Assembly (NCBI GenBank): GCA_964601915.1
Contig: CAZRPK010000002.1
Location: forward strand, 2,000 to 65,999
Origin: an uncultured Kangiella sp.
Lineage (GTDB): Bacteria; Pseudomonadota; Gammaproteobacteria; Enterobacterales; Kangiellaceae
DNA length: 64,000 bases
Direction: 5' to 3'
Below the pieces are notes generated by a model, which was not told the origin of the DNA, ran no database searches, and worked only from the letters and a program-made list of their open reading frames with translations. A program made the position numbers and the translations under genes. Positions 19,386 through 28,632 of this stretch are shown in pieces; the stretch's first letter is position 1; each line of letters opens with the position of its first letter.

Positions 19386-21616
19386 TGTCGAACCTCGATT
19401 AAAGATCCTTGCTGTTGAAAATTATTCCCCTTATCGCAAAGACTTCTTTGAATGGTAATCTTACTGCCCCAAAACTCTTGTTTCTTTTTTGTGGCAGTGA
19501 AACAGGTTGTCACATCTTGGAATTTGGCAAGCTTAACATCAATTTCAGAGGAATCTTTTGCCGCAATACCAATATTTGAACGTTGAATATTTACTTCGAT
19601 TAATGTCGCTTTCGACTGTTCGCCAACTGATACACCTTTGTCGTCACAATCAAGCAGTACCGCTTTTTCTATTCGGTATTCGCCAGCCGAAACATCAATG
19701 CAATCATTACCAGCCTTGCTAACGAAAACTTCTTTAACGGATAAATTAGAAAAATCGATATCGAGCGCATCGCTGATCGCATTAGTGATATTGATTGTAC
19801 TCAAATTTCCATTCACTCTGATGAGGTTGACCGAGTCTTCGCAAGCAGACATTTGACTCGAAATGCTAATATTCTCAAGGTGAATATCCAATAAAGTCAA
19901 GCATCCGGTGATCAGGTTTTCATTAAACCTCTGACTATTGGTGGTGGTGCCATGGCTTACACCTTCAAAAATTATATGCCAATTTTTCAACGTTCCTCCC
20001 ATAATCACAGCCCGGCCAAGCGTATCAATCTGTGATAGACGAATGATCCGTTTTTGTGTATCGATCTCAGCTTCCATTGAATCGTAGGTGATTAAACGAG
20101 CTTGATTTTCTATGATTTGGACATTCTGTTTTATGGTTGTTGTTTGATGATTGAGATCGCCTTTTATATAGGAACGTTTATCAACACCAATATAAAGATA
20201 GTGCTGGCCTTGATGGTTTTTATAACGACCACTTAATATAGATGCATAATCGGCAATATTATGTCTTTCACTTTCACAGTGACTTAATGATAAATTACAA
20301 AGTATTATTTCTAAAACATTGTCGTTCGAAAAAGCAATCAGTTTGTCAGAATCATGATACTTCGAAAAATAGGACTTAGTATTAATTTTCAAACTGTTTA
20401 AATTTGACTTAAGCAGTTTAATAAGATTTCTATCGATCCTACTCAATACCTGATCAATTCCAGCTAAAGATATTTTCATTCCAGACAGTGACAATTGTGC
20501 AAGTAATTTATTTTTATCAATTGCCTGAATAGAGTCTTTTGCATGCTGCACCCCCCATTTATTGTTTGGCATAAAATCAGGGTCGAGTGCCGCTTGTTCG
20601 AGGTCCAAAATATTGGAATTGCCATCATAGTAGATAGGAAGTAGATATTTATATAGGGGGTCGTAGTAAAATTTCCGATTGTGAGGTCTTAGTCCATGGG
20701 TCGCCTGTAAAGCAACCATAATGGCAAAAAATTCATCATTTATATTTTTCGCAAAATCATTGTTGTTCGCTAGAATTTCGGGATCTAAAAGCCATCCTTT
20801 GGGTGGTTTTCCTATTTTTGCTTCACTATTATTAGCAAAGCTTCTTGACATAAAATCAAGATAGGCGTGATTGAGCAAACTGACGGCATGTTGAGAAATT
20901 TTTAAACTGACTAATCCTTTACTAGCCCACTTCCTATTCACCAAACGAGCTAAACCTAATCGATGGTCAAGTGAAAACTGATCAGTTTTTAGCCAAGTAA
21001 ATCTTTCATCGCCCACCAATATTGGTCCTTCACGAAGTTGATAGGATTCCAGCATTTCTTTTTGAGCTTTTTCCTGAAACAGATAGGTATATTCAACACC
21101 ATTAAAGATTGTTGGTACATAATAGGTTTTAGGCGAAATAAATCCAAGTTGTCTTAGCAAGGCCGTCGTAAATATTTCGTTGTCAGCATTTCGGGTATGC
21201 GGAAGAAACAGTTTAAATTTGACCACTGAATCAATATTGCCAGTATTTAATTTGACGTCTAAGCTGGCGATCAATGACGGGGCATCTTGGACGTGATCTT
21301 TCCAGTCGCCGTTAACTCTTATTTTTGCTTTAAAAGAACATTTTAGACCATTTGTAAAAGTGGCATTGATTGTAGCCTTAAATTTTTTTTTGTTTTTTGG
21401 TAGTATGTTGTGTTTTTTGCTGCTTAAAATTTCAAAATAATTTTTTGCCCATTTTCGAGATTTTTTTGTATCAATTTGAAGATGTTTTAAATGATGTTTT
21501 TCCAAATATTGATTCACATCATTGCTGTTGCAAAGCAGGTTTTCGCCGGCATAGGTTTGTTGTAACACCAAAAGGCAGCCCATTAGACAACAGGCTTTCA
21601 TTAAAAATTTAAACAT
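19382..21616 (-). CDS. CotH kinase-family protein, secreted, with C-terminal parallel beta-helix repeats
   Basis: Signal peptide 'MFKFLMKACCLMGCLLVLQQTYAGE'. CotH-like blocks 'KIRVNGDW', 'LLRQLGFISPKTYYVPTIFNGVEYTYLFQEK' and 'RPHNRKFYYDP...YYDGNS'. The C-terminus has beta-helix-type repeats. A GTG at 21631 is an alternative start. Confidence 0.7.
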   Translation of the reverse strand: MFKFLMKACCLMGCLLVLQQTYAGENLLCNSNDVNQYLEKHHLKHLQIDTKKSRKWAKNYFEILSSKKHNILPKNKKKFKATINATFTNGLKCSFKAKIRVNGDWKDHVQDAPSLIASLDVKLNTGNIDSVVKFKLFLPHTRNADNEIFTTALLRQLGFISPKTYYVPTIFNGVEYTYLFQEKAQKEMLESYQLREGPILVGDERFTWLKTDQFSLDHRLGLARLVNRKWASKGLVSLKISQHAVSLLNHAYLDFMSRSFANNSEAKIGKPPKGWLLDPEILANNNDFAKNINDEFFAIMVALQATHGLRPHNRKFYYDPLYKYLLPIYYDGNSNILDLEQAALDPDFMPNNKWGVQHAKDSIQAIDKNKLLAQLSLSGMKISLAGIDQVLSRIDRNLIKLLKSNLNSLKINTKSYFSKYHDSDKLIAFSNDNVLEIILCNLSLSHCESERHNIADYASILSGRYKNHQGQHYLYIGVDKRSYIKGDLNHQTTTIKQNVQIIENQARLITYDSMEAEIDTQKRIIRLSQIDTLGRAVIMGGTLKNWHIIFEGVSHGTTTNSQRFNENLITGCLTLLDIHLENISISSQMSACEDSVNLIRVNGNLSTINITNAISDALDIDFSNLSVKEVFVSKAGNDCIDVSAGEYRIEKAVLLDCDDKGVSVGEQSKATLIEVNIQRSNIGIAAKDSSEIDVKLAKFQDVTTCFTATKKKQEFWGSKITIQRSLCDKGNNFQQQGSLIEVRQ

Positions 21617-21633
21617 GGAACGATCCAACACTG

Positions 21634-22278
21634 TTAGGAATACCGTGTTTCTATATGGACAACACTATCATTTTCTTCAATTAAAGTTCTAAGCTCATCC
21701 AGTTCATTGTTGTTATTTCTGGAAGCGAGCCGGTAATGTCTGGTATTGGCTGATTTGTCGTGCACATATTGCAACAAAAGTTTACTGCCGCTGAGTTGAG
21801 GTATATCGTTACTACTGGTGACTTCTAAAATATTAAAAGAGTTACCTTCATCAAAAGATAGTGAATAAACATGAAATCCAAAGCGTTTGGCTAATTTTTC
21901 CATTATATAGGACATGAAAATAACAAGATTGATGATCACTGTGAGCATAATGCCGTACTCGATTTTTGCCGCCATACTAATACCAATGGTCACCAAAGCA
22001 AAAAATATAACCAGTTCAAAAGGATTTTTTACCGGGTTTCTAAAACGAACGATTGAAAGTGCACCAATCATACCAAGAGACAGTGCAATATTGCCCGTGA
22101 TAACCTTGGTAATGGTAAAGGTTATCAAGGGGAGCAAAATATAGGACATTGTGTGATGGTAGGTTGAAACCCATTTTTGCTTGACTATTGTCAGCATGAT
22201 TCTTATTGTGAGTCCGGAAAGGGCGGCTAGAACCAGTGAAATAATGATTCCGTTGGTTCCTTGAATTAATTCTGTCAT
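21634..22278 (-). CDS. DUF4956-family membrane protein
   Basis: 4-5 TM helices and the hallmark 'GALSIVRFRNPVKNPFELVIFFALVTIGI'. It lies 2 nt upstream of the CotH ORF. Confidence 0.7.
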   Translation of the reverse strand: MTELIQGTNGIIISLVLAALSGLTIRIMLTIVKQKWVSTYHHTMSYILLPLITFTITKVITGNIALSLGMIGALSIVRFRNPVKNPFELVIFFALVTIGISMAAKIEYGIMLTVIINLVIFMSYIMEKLAKRFGFHVYSLSFDEGNSFNILEVTSSNDIPQLSGSKLLLQYVHDKSANTRHYRLASRNNNNELDELRTLIEENDSVVHIETRYS

Positions 22279-22473
22279 TTTTTTTCCTTATTAATCGATT
22301 AATTTGTATAGCCAAGGTATGTTGCTTCTTGATATTTCGCCACTTTAGTGGTTAACTAAAAGGACTAAAGATCACAACATAACATAATAATTTAATTTTT
22401 TACTAAATAACACACAAACTTAAACTATCGGCCTATATTTTGCCTTAGTTGTTTCAATCCAACTAAAATATTC

Positions 22474-25041
22474 CTAAGCCATTTTTTGTATTTTGAAACG
22501 AATTGTTTCTTCGATATTAACAGCATTCAGGTAACCTTTTGGAGCTTTATTAGTGGAACTATCGACATCAATAACGATTTCTCGCGTTGTATCCGGAAAC
22601 ATATGAAAATAATTGTCTTCTAAATTAGCGTTTTTTATTTCGATATAGATCCCAAAAATAAAGTCCTGTGCCGAAAGAGAAAGAATACATTGATTCTCAT
22701 TGACCCGAATTAATTCTGCCTGCAACGAACCGGTAGAAGCCTGCGTTGGCATATCGGCCTTTGGAAAATAGAAGGATTCACTTATCATTTGTTGTTTTGC
22801 ATTATTTAATTGGACTAACACTGCGTAGTGGGATGGGGGGCCGAAACGATAGCTGTAGCTAAGATCATAAAAATGTTTCAACAATACTTCACTGTTTAAC
22901 TGAAGTTTAGAGCGGGCATCGATATTAATTGGTTTAGACATATTTGCCATTTCAAGGTGGCGTTGATTGATTATCTTGACGGAAATGCTTCCGTTAAAAT
23001 CCTTATCACCTTCATTTATCAGGTGAATGAGCAATCCATTTAAAGATTCATCAGTTAAATGGATGCTGATTGGTTGCCAACTTCGTTTAAGATAGTAGTA
23101 GCATGCTTTTGGGCTGCCTGTACTATCAATAATTCCCCAGCCAGCGCCAGGCCAAAGGTCTTTCATAAACCAGACCAAGCCACCATTACATCGACTCAGG
23201 CTACTTCGCCATTCTGAATAAACCTGAGTCATAATTTCACCGCTAACAAGCTCACTCAATTGGATATACTTTTGAGGATCAAAACATCTTAAATTAACCG
23301 GATCAACGGCAAATAACTGTTGTAAATAATGATCTCTCACATCCTCAAAATCCCAACCGGTGCCACTATCTCTTGGCGTTCTCTGCTTCCATGTTGGATT
23401 GTGGATCGCCGGTAATTGGCCATTTAGAACAGAATTACTGGTTTTTGGCACTGGCACATTTGAAAAACCTAAACATTCAGAAGTAAATCTAACATCGTGT
23501 TTGCGTAATTCACTGACGGGTTGAAGGTATGCACCAACGCCGTAGTAATGTGACAAACCTTGGTTCACTCGAAAAGGTAAATCACCACCAGTTGGCGAGG
23601 AAGATACATAAGGAACAGAGGGTGCTATTGAGTTGCAGATTTCAGCCAATTGTTGGTCATAGAAAGGGATCTCCCAAATCGAACTATCGAAGCCTAGCAT
23701 TGCAACTTGCTGTTGTATTTCACTGTTGCCGCAATAGATGGTAATGCAGGGGTGTTTGTTGAGTCTTCGTAGTTGTTGTTTTATTTCCTTTTCGACGGAT
23801 TGAAGGAATGATGGTTCGTCAAACGGATAATCCATATTAGCAAACATAAAGTCCTGCCAAACCATAATGCCGAGTTGGTCGCAGATCTGGTAAAATTCAT
23901 CTTGTTCGTAAACCATGGTGCCGCCAATTCGGATCATGTTGGCACCAGCGTCTCTCATCAGGCCAAGTGTGCAGGCGAGTTCCTCATAGCTGCTTCTCAG
24001 AGAAAGAATATCGTTGGTGGTCCAACAGGCTCCGCGACAAAAAATTGGTTGTTGATTAACGTTGATCTTAAAATCTTTATCTTGCACGCTAAGTTGTACC
24101 GATTTAAATCCGATTTTTGCTAGTTCGAAACACTGTTCATAATCATCAGTTTTTATGTGTAGTCGAGGTTGATATAAACGCGGCGTACCATGGGTATGCG
24201 GCCACCAAAGCTCGATATCTAAAATAGTTAGTTCATCAGCGGATAGTTGAAATTTATTAGCTTTGAGATCGTCGTTGTTAGTAGAGTTTCTCTCGCTATT
24301 ACAGACATCGAGTGTGTAGTCTAGGCCATTAATTTCTAATCGGGCTTCGAACGACTTAGTACACGCTTCAATTTCACAACTAAAATCAAGAAAACCGACG
24401 TTATTGTCGACAGAGGTGGCTAGTTTGATGTTACTTGGGGCTGCGTTGTCTAATAGATAGATCGGTTTCCAAGGACCGACGGCTGTCACAGGGGGAGTCC
24501 AACCGGGGATCCGACCTAATAAAGTGGTTCGAAACCAGCGCATTGACTGATTGTCGACCAGTTTAGTTTTCCATTTTGGCCGAGGACGTTTGGTATTTAA
24601 TTGTTTACTGAGCGATCTAAAGCACAGGCTTAAAGTATTGGTTCCATTGATTAGTTGAGAGTTGATTTTAATTTCATGACGATGAAACATATTATCACTA
24701 GCTAAAATAAGCTGGTCATTTAGCCAAACATCGGCCAGTGTCGCCAACCCTTCGAAAACCAGTGTTTGGAATGTATGACGAGGCTCCATGGTAAAGTTTT
24801 TTTGAAACCACCAATCAGAATCATCGTAATTGCTCATCGGCGTCCAGCATTCTGGCTGACGATGATTGATTACTTTGGCGACAGTGCAGGGCACACTGGC
24901 CTTGATTGATTGATGGTTATCCAAATTGATTTCAGCGGGGGACTGATAGTGGTCCGGCGTTGATTGAATAATGGACCAGTCATCACCAAGCAAAATCTTA
25001 TGTGAATTCTCGGATTTTATGTTATTGGTGGTGTCATCCAT
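22474..25041 (-). CDS. Glycoside hydrolase family 2 (beta-mannosidase-like), no signal peptide
   Basis: 855 aa. 'NMIRIGGTMVYEQDEFYQICDQLGIMVWQDFMFAN' is the GH2 TIM-barrel block, with a 'NSEIQQ' acid/base region and a 'FTSECLGF' nucleophile region. Confidence 0.85.
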   Translation of the reverse strand: MDDTTNNIKSENSHKILLGDDWSIIQSTPDHYQSPAEINLDNHQSIKASVPCTVAKVINHRQPECWTPMSNYDDSDWWFQKNFTMEPRHTFQTLVFEGLATLADVWLNDQLILASDNMFHRHEIKINSQLINGTNTLSLCFRSLSKQLNTKRPRPKWKTKLVDNQSMRWFRTTLLGRIPGWTPPVTAVGPWKPIYLLDNAAPSNIKLATSVDNNVGFLDFSCEIEACTKSFEARLEINGLDYTLDVCNSERNSTNNDDLKANKFQLSADELTILDIELWWPHTHGTPRLYQPRLHIKTDDYEQCFELAKIGFKSVQLSVQDKDFKINVNQQPIFCRGACWTTNDILSLRSSYEELACTLGLMRDAGANMIRIGGTMVYEQDEFYQICDQLGIMVWQDFMFANMDYPFDEPSFLQSVEKEIKQQLRRLNKHPCITIYCGNSEIQQQVAMLGFDSSIWEIPFYDQQLAEICNSIAPSVPYVSSSPTGGDLPFRVNQGLSHYYGVGAYLQPVSELRKHDVRFTSECLGFSNVPVPKTSNSVLNGQLPAIHNPTWKQRTPRDSGTGWDFEDVRDHYLQQLFAVDPVNLRCFDPQKYIQLSELVSGEIMTQVYSEWRSSLSRCNGGLVWFMKDLWPGAGWGIIDSTGSPKACYYYLKRSWQPISIHLTDESLNGLLIHLINEGDKDFNGSISVKIINQRHLEMANMSKPINIDARSKLQLNSEVLLKHFYDLSYSYRFGPPSHYAVLVQLNNAKQQMISESFYFPKADMPTQASTGSLQAELIRVNENQCILSLSAQDFIFGIYIEIKNANLEDNYFHMFPDTTREIVIDVDSSTNKAPKGYLNAVNIEETIRFKIQKMA

Positions 25042-25098
25042 TTCGTTTTTCCATAAAAATACGATTACGTCAATATTGCGATATATGGTGGGTTTATC

Positions 25099-26073
25099 TT
25101 ACAAATATTTATTCTGCAAAATAGTCCTTGCGTTGTCCCAATTTTTTGCCATTTCGTCAATAGCGGATAATTCTATCGATTTTCCGCGGCTCACCACTCT
25201 AGCCAGCTGAAACTGATAAATCTTAGCGGATTCAGATATTTGCTTATATTCATGGCTGGCCTCAATCAGTCCGGCTTCTCCGTTGTCTGTCAGCCAGTCC
25301 AGATAGACTGCAGCCAGTTCAAAACAAGCACCTAGTTGGCGTAAAGTGGCAAATGAATACTGATGGAACATTTCAATATTTTCACCTTTTAACCATTCCA
25401 GATCGATCTTTAGTTGATTTTTAAATAGCGCAAAAGGGTTCGTTTTGGGTAATCGTGATAACTGGTCTTTTAGTAACAAGATGGATCTTTGCGTTAACTG
25501 CTCGGCATTAATGGATTGCGATTGGTGTAACTTTGCTATTTCTACGTAGGGTTCTAAGTGAGATTCGTCATATTGACCATTGATGCGGAAGACGGCATCG
25601 AAGTCGTCACCTTCCAACTCGTAATAACCTTGTGCATGAAAATAGCCAAGCTTCTTGTTTTGAATATCAATTGAGTTAACTGAAACGGTGCTTTTTACGT
25701 GAGCGATACCATAGGCCGTTCCGGCAGTATCCGGCAGAAACATCGAATCTAGTTCAACCAAAACGGGGCGACCTAGATTATTCTGTTCAGCAATATGAGT
25801 AAGCAGAGGCTTCCAGATGGCTAGTTCCTGTACTTCAATTTGGTACAGAGTATAGAGGTCAGAGAGTTGAAACTTAAAAAAAGTCCACTGATCGCCTTCG
25901 AAATCGATCCCTAAGGTAAACGGCATAGCGGCAACTGGCTCCAGCCCAAGTGCGTGTAATTGTTCTATCCATACGTCAACATAGCAATTGGTTTCAGCCC
26001 AATCGCGCTCTTGTGTATGGATTGCGTGTCGCTGGTAGGTGGCTGGGTCTAATTTAGTTATTGCGGTGTTCAT
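25099..26073 (-). CDS. DUF1839-family protein
   Basis: 'ERDWAETNCYVDVWIEQLHALGLEP...DFEGDQWTFFKF...VELDSMFLPDT' matches my memory of the DUF1839 consensus. The start overlaps the stop of the aa:CP ligase gene (ATGA). Confidence 0.6.
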   Translation of the reverse strand: MNTAITKLDPATYQRHAIHTQERDWAETNCYVDVWIEQLHALGLEPVAAMPFTLGIDFEGDQWTFFKFQLSDLYTLYQIEVQELAIWKPLLTHIAEQNNLGRPVLVELDSMFLPDTAGTAYGIAHVKSTVSVNSIDIQNKKLGYFHAQGYYELEGDDFDAVFRINGQYDESHLEPYVEIAKLHQSQSINAEQLTQRSILLLKDQLSRLPKTNPFALFKNQLKIDLEWLKGENIEMFHQYSFATLRQLGACFELAAVYLDWLTDNGEAGLIEASHEYKQISESAKIYQFQLARVVSRGKSIELSAIDEMAKNWDNARTILQNKYL

Positions 26074-27008
26074 ATCTCAAGTACTTGTTTAACTTCGGTC
26101 GGCCACTGTTCAGGATCAAGACCGTGTTTTTTTAGCAGTGCCAAGGTGATCCGCTCTAAACCAAAGCCAATGCAGGAAGTGTGGGCATTCTTTCCGTCTG
26201 TAGTTTTAATATTGAACTCTTTACCAAAATGGTCCAAATGACAGTTGCTCGATGAAATCGCTGTCAACTTTTCTTTGGTGGCAACAGGGGCGACTAATTC
26301 AAATTTAAGGACTTGTTCTTTTTGAGTCGCAGCCATCACTCGGCCACCGCGTCCAAAGAAAGGGTCGTTGGCAATTATAGCTTCAACATCTAATCCAATG
26401 GAAAGCAACATCTCCTCGCCTTTTTCTAACCAATAGTCACGATGGGCTAGCGCTTGCTCTGGGGTACCGAGTCTAACAAATTCTCGCTGCCGAAAAATTT
26501 GCATTCTGGCCGGGTCAGGAGAGGGTTCATGTCTAAACACAAAAGCCCGCAAGTCAACTAAGCGACCTTCTTCTGGAAGCACCGTGTTGGCAGCTGTGGG
26601 ATATAGTGGATAACAAGCGGCCGGAACCATCATCACTTCGCTTGGAGATAATTCTGTCGTCCAATCTTCACCATCTTCTTTTTTTTGCACCATTTTAAGG
26701 TGATCTCTCTGGTTACCCAAAAAGGAATGCACCGACCCCATCAAGTCTGGCATGGTTTCGATATGGTCGGTTGCTAAATAGGTTTGCCTATTTAGGATAG
26801 GTGGAAATCGCATTACTTCGGGGTTAAGCTCTTTCCCCGCACGAGTAACATAACCTTCAAATGCTTCCACAATACCTTCGAAAACTCCACTGAGCCCATA
26901 TACTCCTTGGACGCCGGAAGGTAGTAAGATACCTTCATTAATTAGTCGCTCTCTATATTCGCCATAGGCCTGATTGATAGAATCGACTAGGTTAGCTGAA
27001 TCACACAT
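26070..27008 (-). CDS. Amino acid--[acyl-carrier-protein] ligase (truncated atypical seryl-tRNA-synthetase homologue)
   Basis: 312 aa with a class II aaRS core only. 'RFPPILNR', 'DWTTELSPSEVMMVPAACYPLYP', motif 2 'FRHEPS', 'NDPFFGR', 'QKEQVLKFEL' and motif 3 'HTSCIGFGLERI' closely parallel the Bradyrhizobium/Agrobacterium aa:CP ligases. There is no tRNA-binding arm. Confidence 0.85.
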   Translation of the reverse strand: MCDSANLVDSINQAYGEYRERLINEGILLPSGVQGVYGLSGVFEGIVEAFEGYVTRAGKELNPEVMRFPPILNRQTYLATDHIETMPDLMGSVHSFLGNQRDHLKMVQKKEDGEDWTTELSPSEVMMVPAACYPLYPTAANTVLPEEGRLVDLRAFVFRHEPSPDPARMQIFRQREFVRLGTPEQALAHRDYWLEKGEEMLLSIGLDVEAIIANDPFFGRGGRVMAATQKEQVLKFELVAPVATKEKLTAISSSNCHLDHFGKEFNIKTTDGKNAHTSCIGFGLERITLALLKKHGLDPEQWPTEVKQVLEI

Positions 27009-27010
27009 AA

Positions 27011-28198
27011 TTAATGATCTTCTTTATGCATTAGTAATAAGGTTGAATTATGTAGCATAATTCGGTCGTTGTTGACCATCAATGCAGCGCCATAGGCATC
27101 ACGTAATTGTCTACCCAAACTGATAGGAGAATCATTTCTATAACTGGCTATACCGCAAATCATCATCGCTTTTCCGACTATTTCAACAATCAGATTAGCG
27201 CTACTCATTTTTAAGTTATTGGTGCGTATTCCAAAACCAAAATTGGTAAAGGCATTTTCATCATCTTCAATTAGCATTTGTGCGTATTCGTCTTCTTGCT
27301 TAGCAATGTTGCTCCGCATTAGTTGGAGGATTGCATCGACTTCTCCCAAGCGAATAGCTGATATTGGGGGAGCGTCCACATTGTTCAGCGCTTGTCGTTT
27401 AATGACTTTACGAGCCTTATTGACCGCGTTTGAGGCAATCCCAGACCAGAGTGAAGCCCAAGTAATATGTGCGAAAGGGTGCATCGATTGACTCAATATA
27501 TCAGCAAAGGGGGTTGGAAGAACTTGCTCTTTGCTTCCACTGCCTTTTACAATAAATCCGGAACTGCAGGTGCCTCTTAGACCAAGGGTATCCCACCCAG
27601 AGATTGGTTCGAGCTCATAGTCGCCTTTATGTAAAAGTACTTGTACCTGATCGCTTTTGGGGGCATCGGAGTTCTTTCTGGCGGTTAAAATTAAATCATC
27701 TGCTTGCAAACCATAGGAAATAACGGGTGCTTTCTTTTCTAACTTAATGGTATTGCCATCTATTTCAACCGCACAAAGGCTTGAACGTAGGTCGCCGCCA
27801 ATACCGATTTCTGTGGTGGCAGATGCAATCAGGCGTTGCTCGTTGCTGAGCTTAATTAAATAGTTTTTAAAATATTCCGAACCTTTGTAGTGATGTAAAA
27901 TACAAGCTACTTGGATCTGGTGCATTGAGTAGATCATCGCGGTTGAGCCGCAATAATGACCTAAAACTTCACAGATCTTCGAGATTTGGTGAATGCCTAG
28001 ACCCATTCCGCCAAGTTCTTTGGGGAGATAAGCACTTAATAATTTAAGCTCTTTAATTGCGTTAAAGCTTTCTACTGGGAATCTTGCTTGTTTGTCGACA
28101 TCATCGGCATTGGGGCCTATGATATCTTTACAAATTACATAAATTTTTTCTAACAGTTCTAAATATTCAGGTGAATTCTTGGACTGTAATGATGGCAT
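27011..28198 (-). CDS. Acyl-CoA dehydrogenase-fold flavoprotein (non-canonical active site)
   Basis: ACAD-like length and blocks ('ASATTEIGIGGDL', 'ISGWDTLGLRGTCS', 'LRDAYGAALMVNNDRI'). ATG at 28198 has GGGAG 10 nt upstream; the ORF-track start at 28270 is a TTG. Confidence 0.75.
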   Translation of the reverse strand: MPSLQSKNSPEYLELLEKIYVICKDIIGPNADDVDKQARFPVESFNAIKELKLLSAYLPKELGGMGLGIHQISKICEVLGHYCGSTAMIYSMHQIQVACILHHYKGSEYFKNYLIKLSNEQRLIASATTEIGIGGDLRSSLCAVEIDGNTIKLEKKAPVISYGLQADDLILTARKNSDAPKSDQVQVLLHKGDYELEPISGWDTLGLRGTCSSGFIVKGSGSKEQVLPTPFADILSQSMHPFAHITWASLWSGIASNAVNKARKVIKRQALNNVDAPPISAIRLGEVDAILQLMRSNIAKQEDEYAQMLIEDDENAFTNFGFGIRTNNLKMSSANLIVEIVGKAMMICGIASYRNDSPISLGRQLRDAYGAALMVNNDRIMLHNSTLLLMHKEDH

Positions 28199-28283
28199 AT
28201 TAGTACTACTCCCTGTTTTTTGTATTTGATTAGAATCGGTACCACGCAAAAATGACGCGTTAGACTCCAATTGAAGTATATGG

Positions 28284-28523
28284 TTATTCTTGCAATTCTT
28301 CTATGGCATCAGCTATGGATTCAATGCTATCAAAAGTCTTCCGACTAAGCATTGAATCGGGGAATTCAATATCAAAATCATCTTCTAAAGCTAACATCAA
28401 TCCCACGGTTGCTAGTGATGTTAAGCCGGCATGATATAAATCACTTGAATCTTCTAACGTATTGACATCGCTGGTTAGTCTTCCGTGGGAAGTCAATATT
28501 TCCCTAATTTTTTTGATATTCAT
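28284..28523 (-). CDS. Acyl/peptidyl carrier protein
   Basis: 79 aa, acidic. 'LYHAGLTSLATVGLMLALE' carries the phosphopantetheine-Ser context (compare GxDSL). It lies immediately upstream of the ACAD and ligase genes. Confidence 0.8.
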   Translation of the reverse strand: MNIKKIREILTSHGRLTSDVNTLEDSSDLYHAGLTSLATVGLMLALEDDFDIEFPDSMLSRKTFDSIESIADAIEELQE

Positions 28524-28632
28524 TAGTTAATAGTGCCGTAAGATTAGATATTTTTAGTATGAGAAAGATTATATATCATATGAGGAACACTCTGAACAAG
28601 CAATTTCGTGACTTTAATTGACAATAAAAAAG

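Noticed and set aside
22040-22315. 91-aa minus-strand ORF overlapping the 5' part of the DUF4956 gene.
   Set aside because: It is an alternative frame of the same strand, and the DUF4956 frame carries the family hallmark motif and a good RBS.
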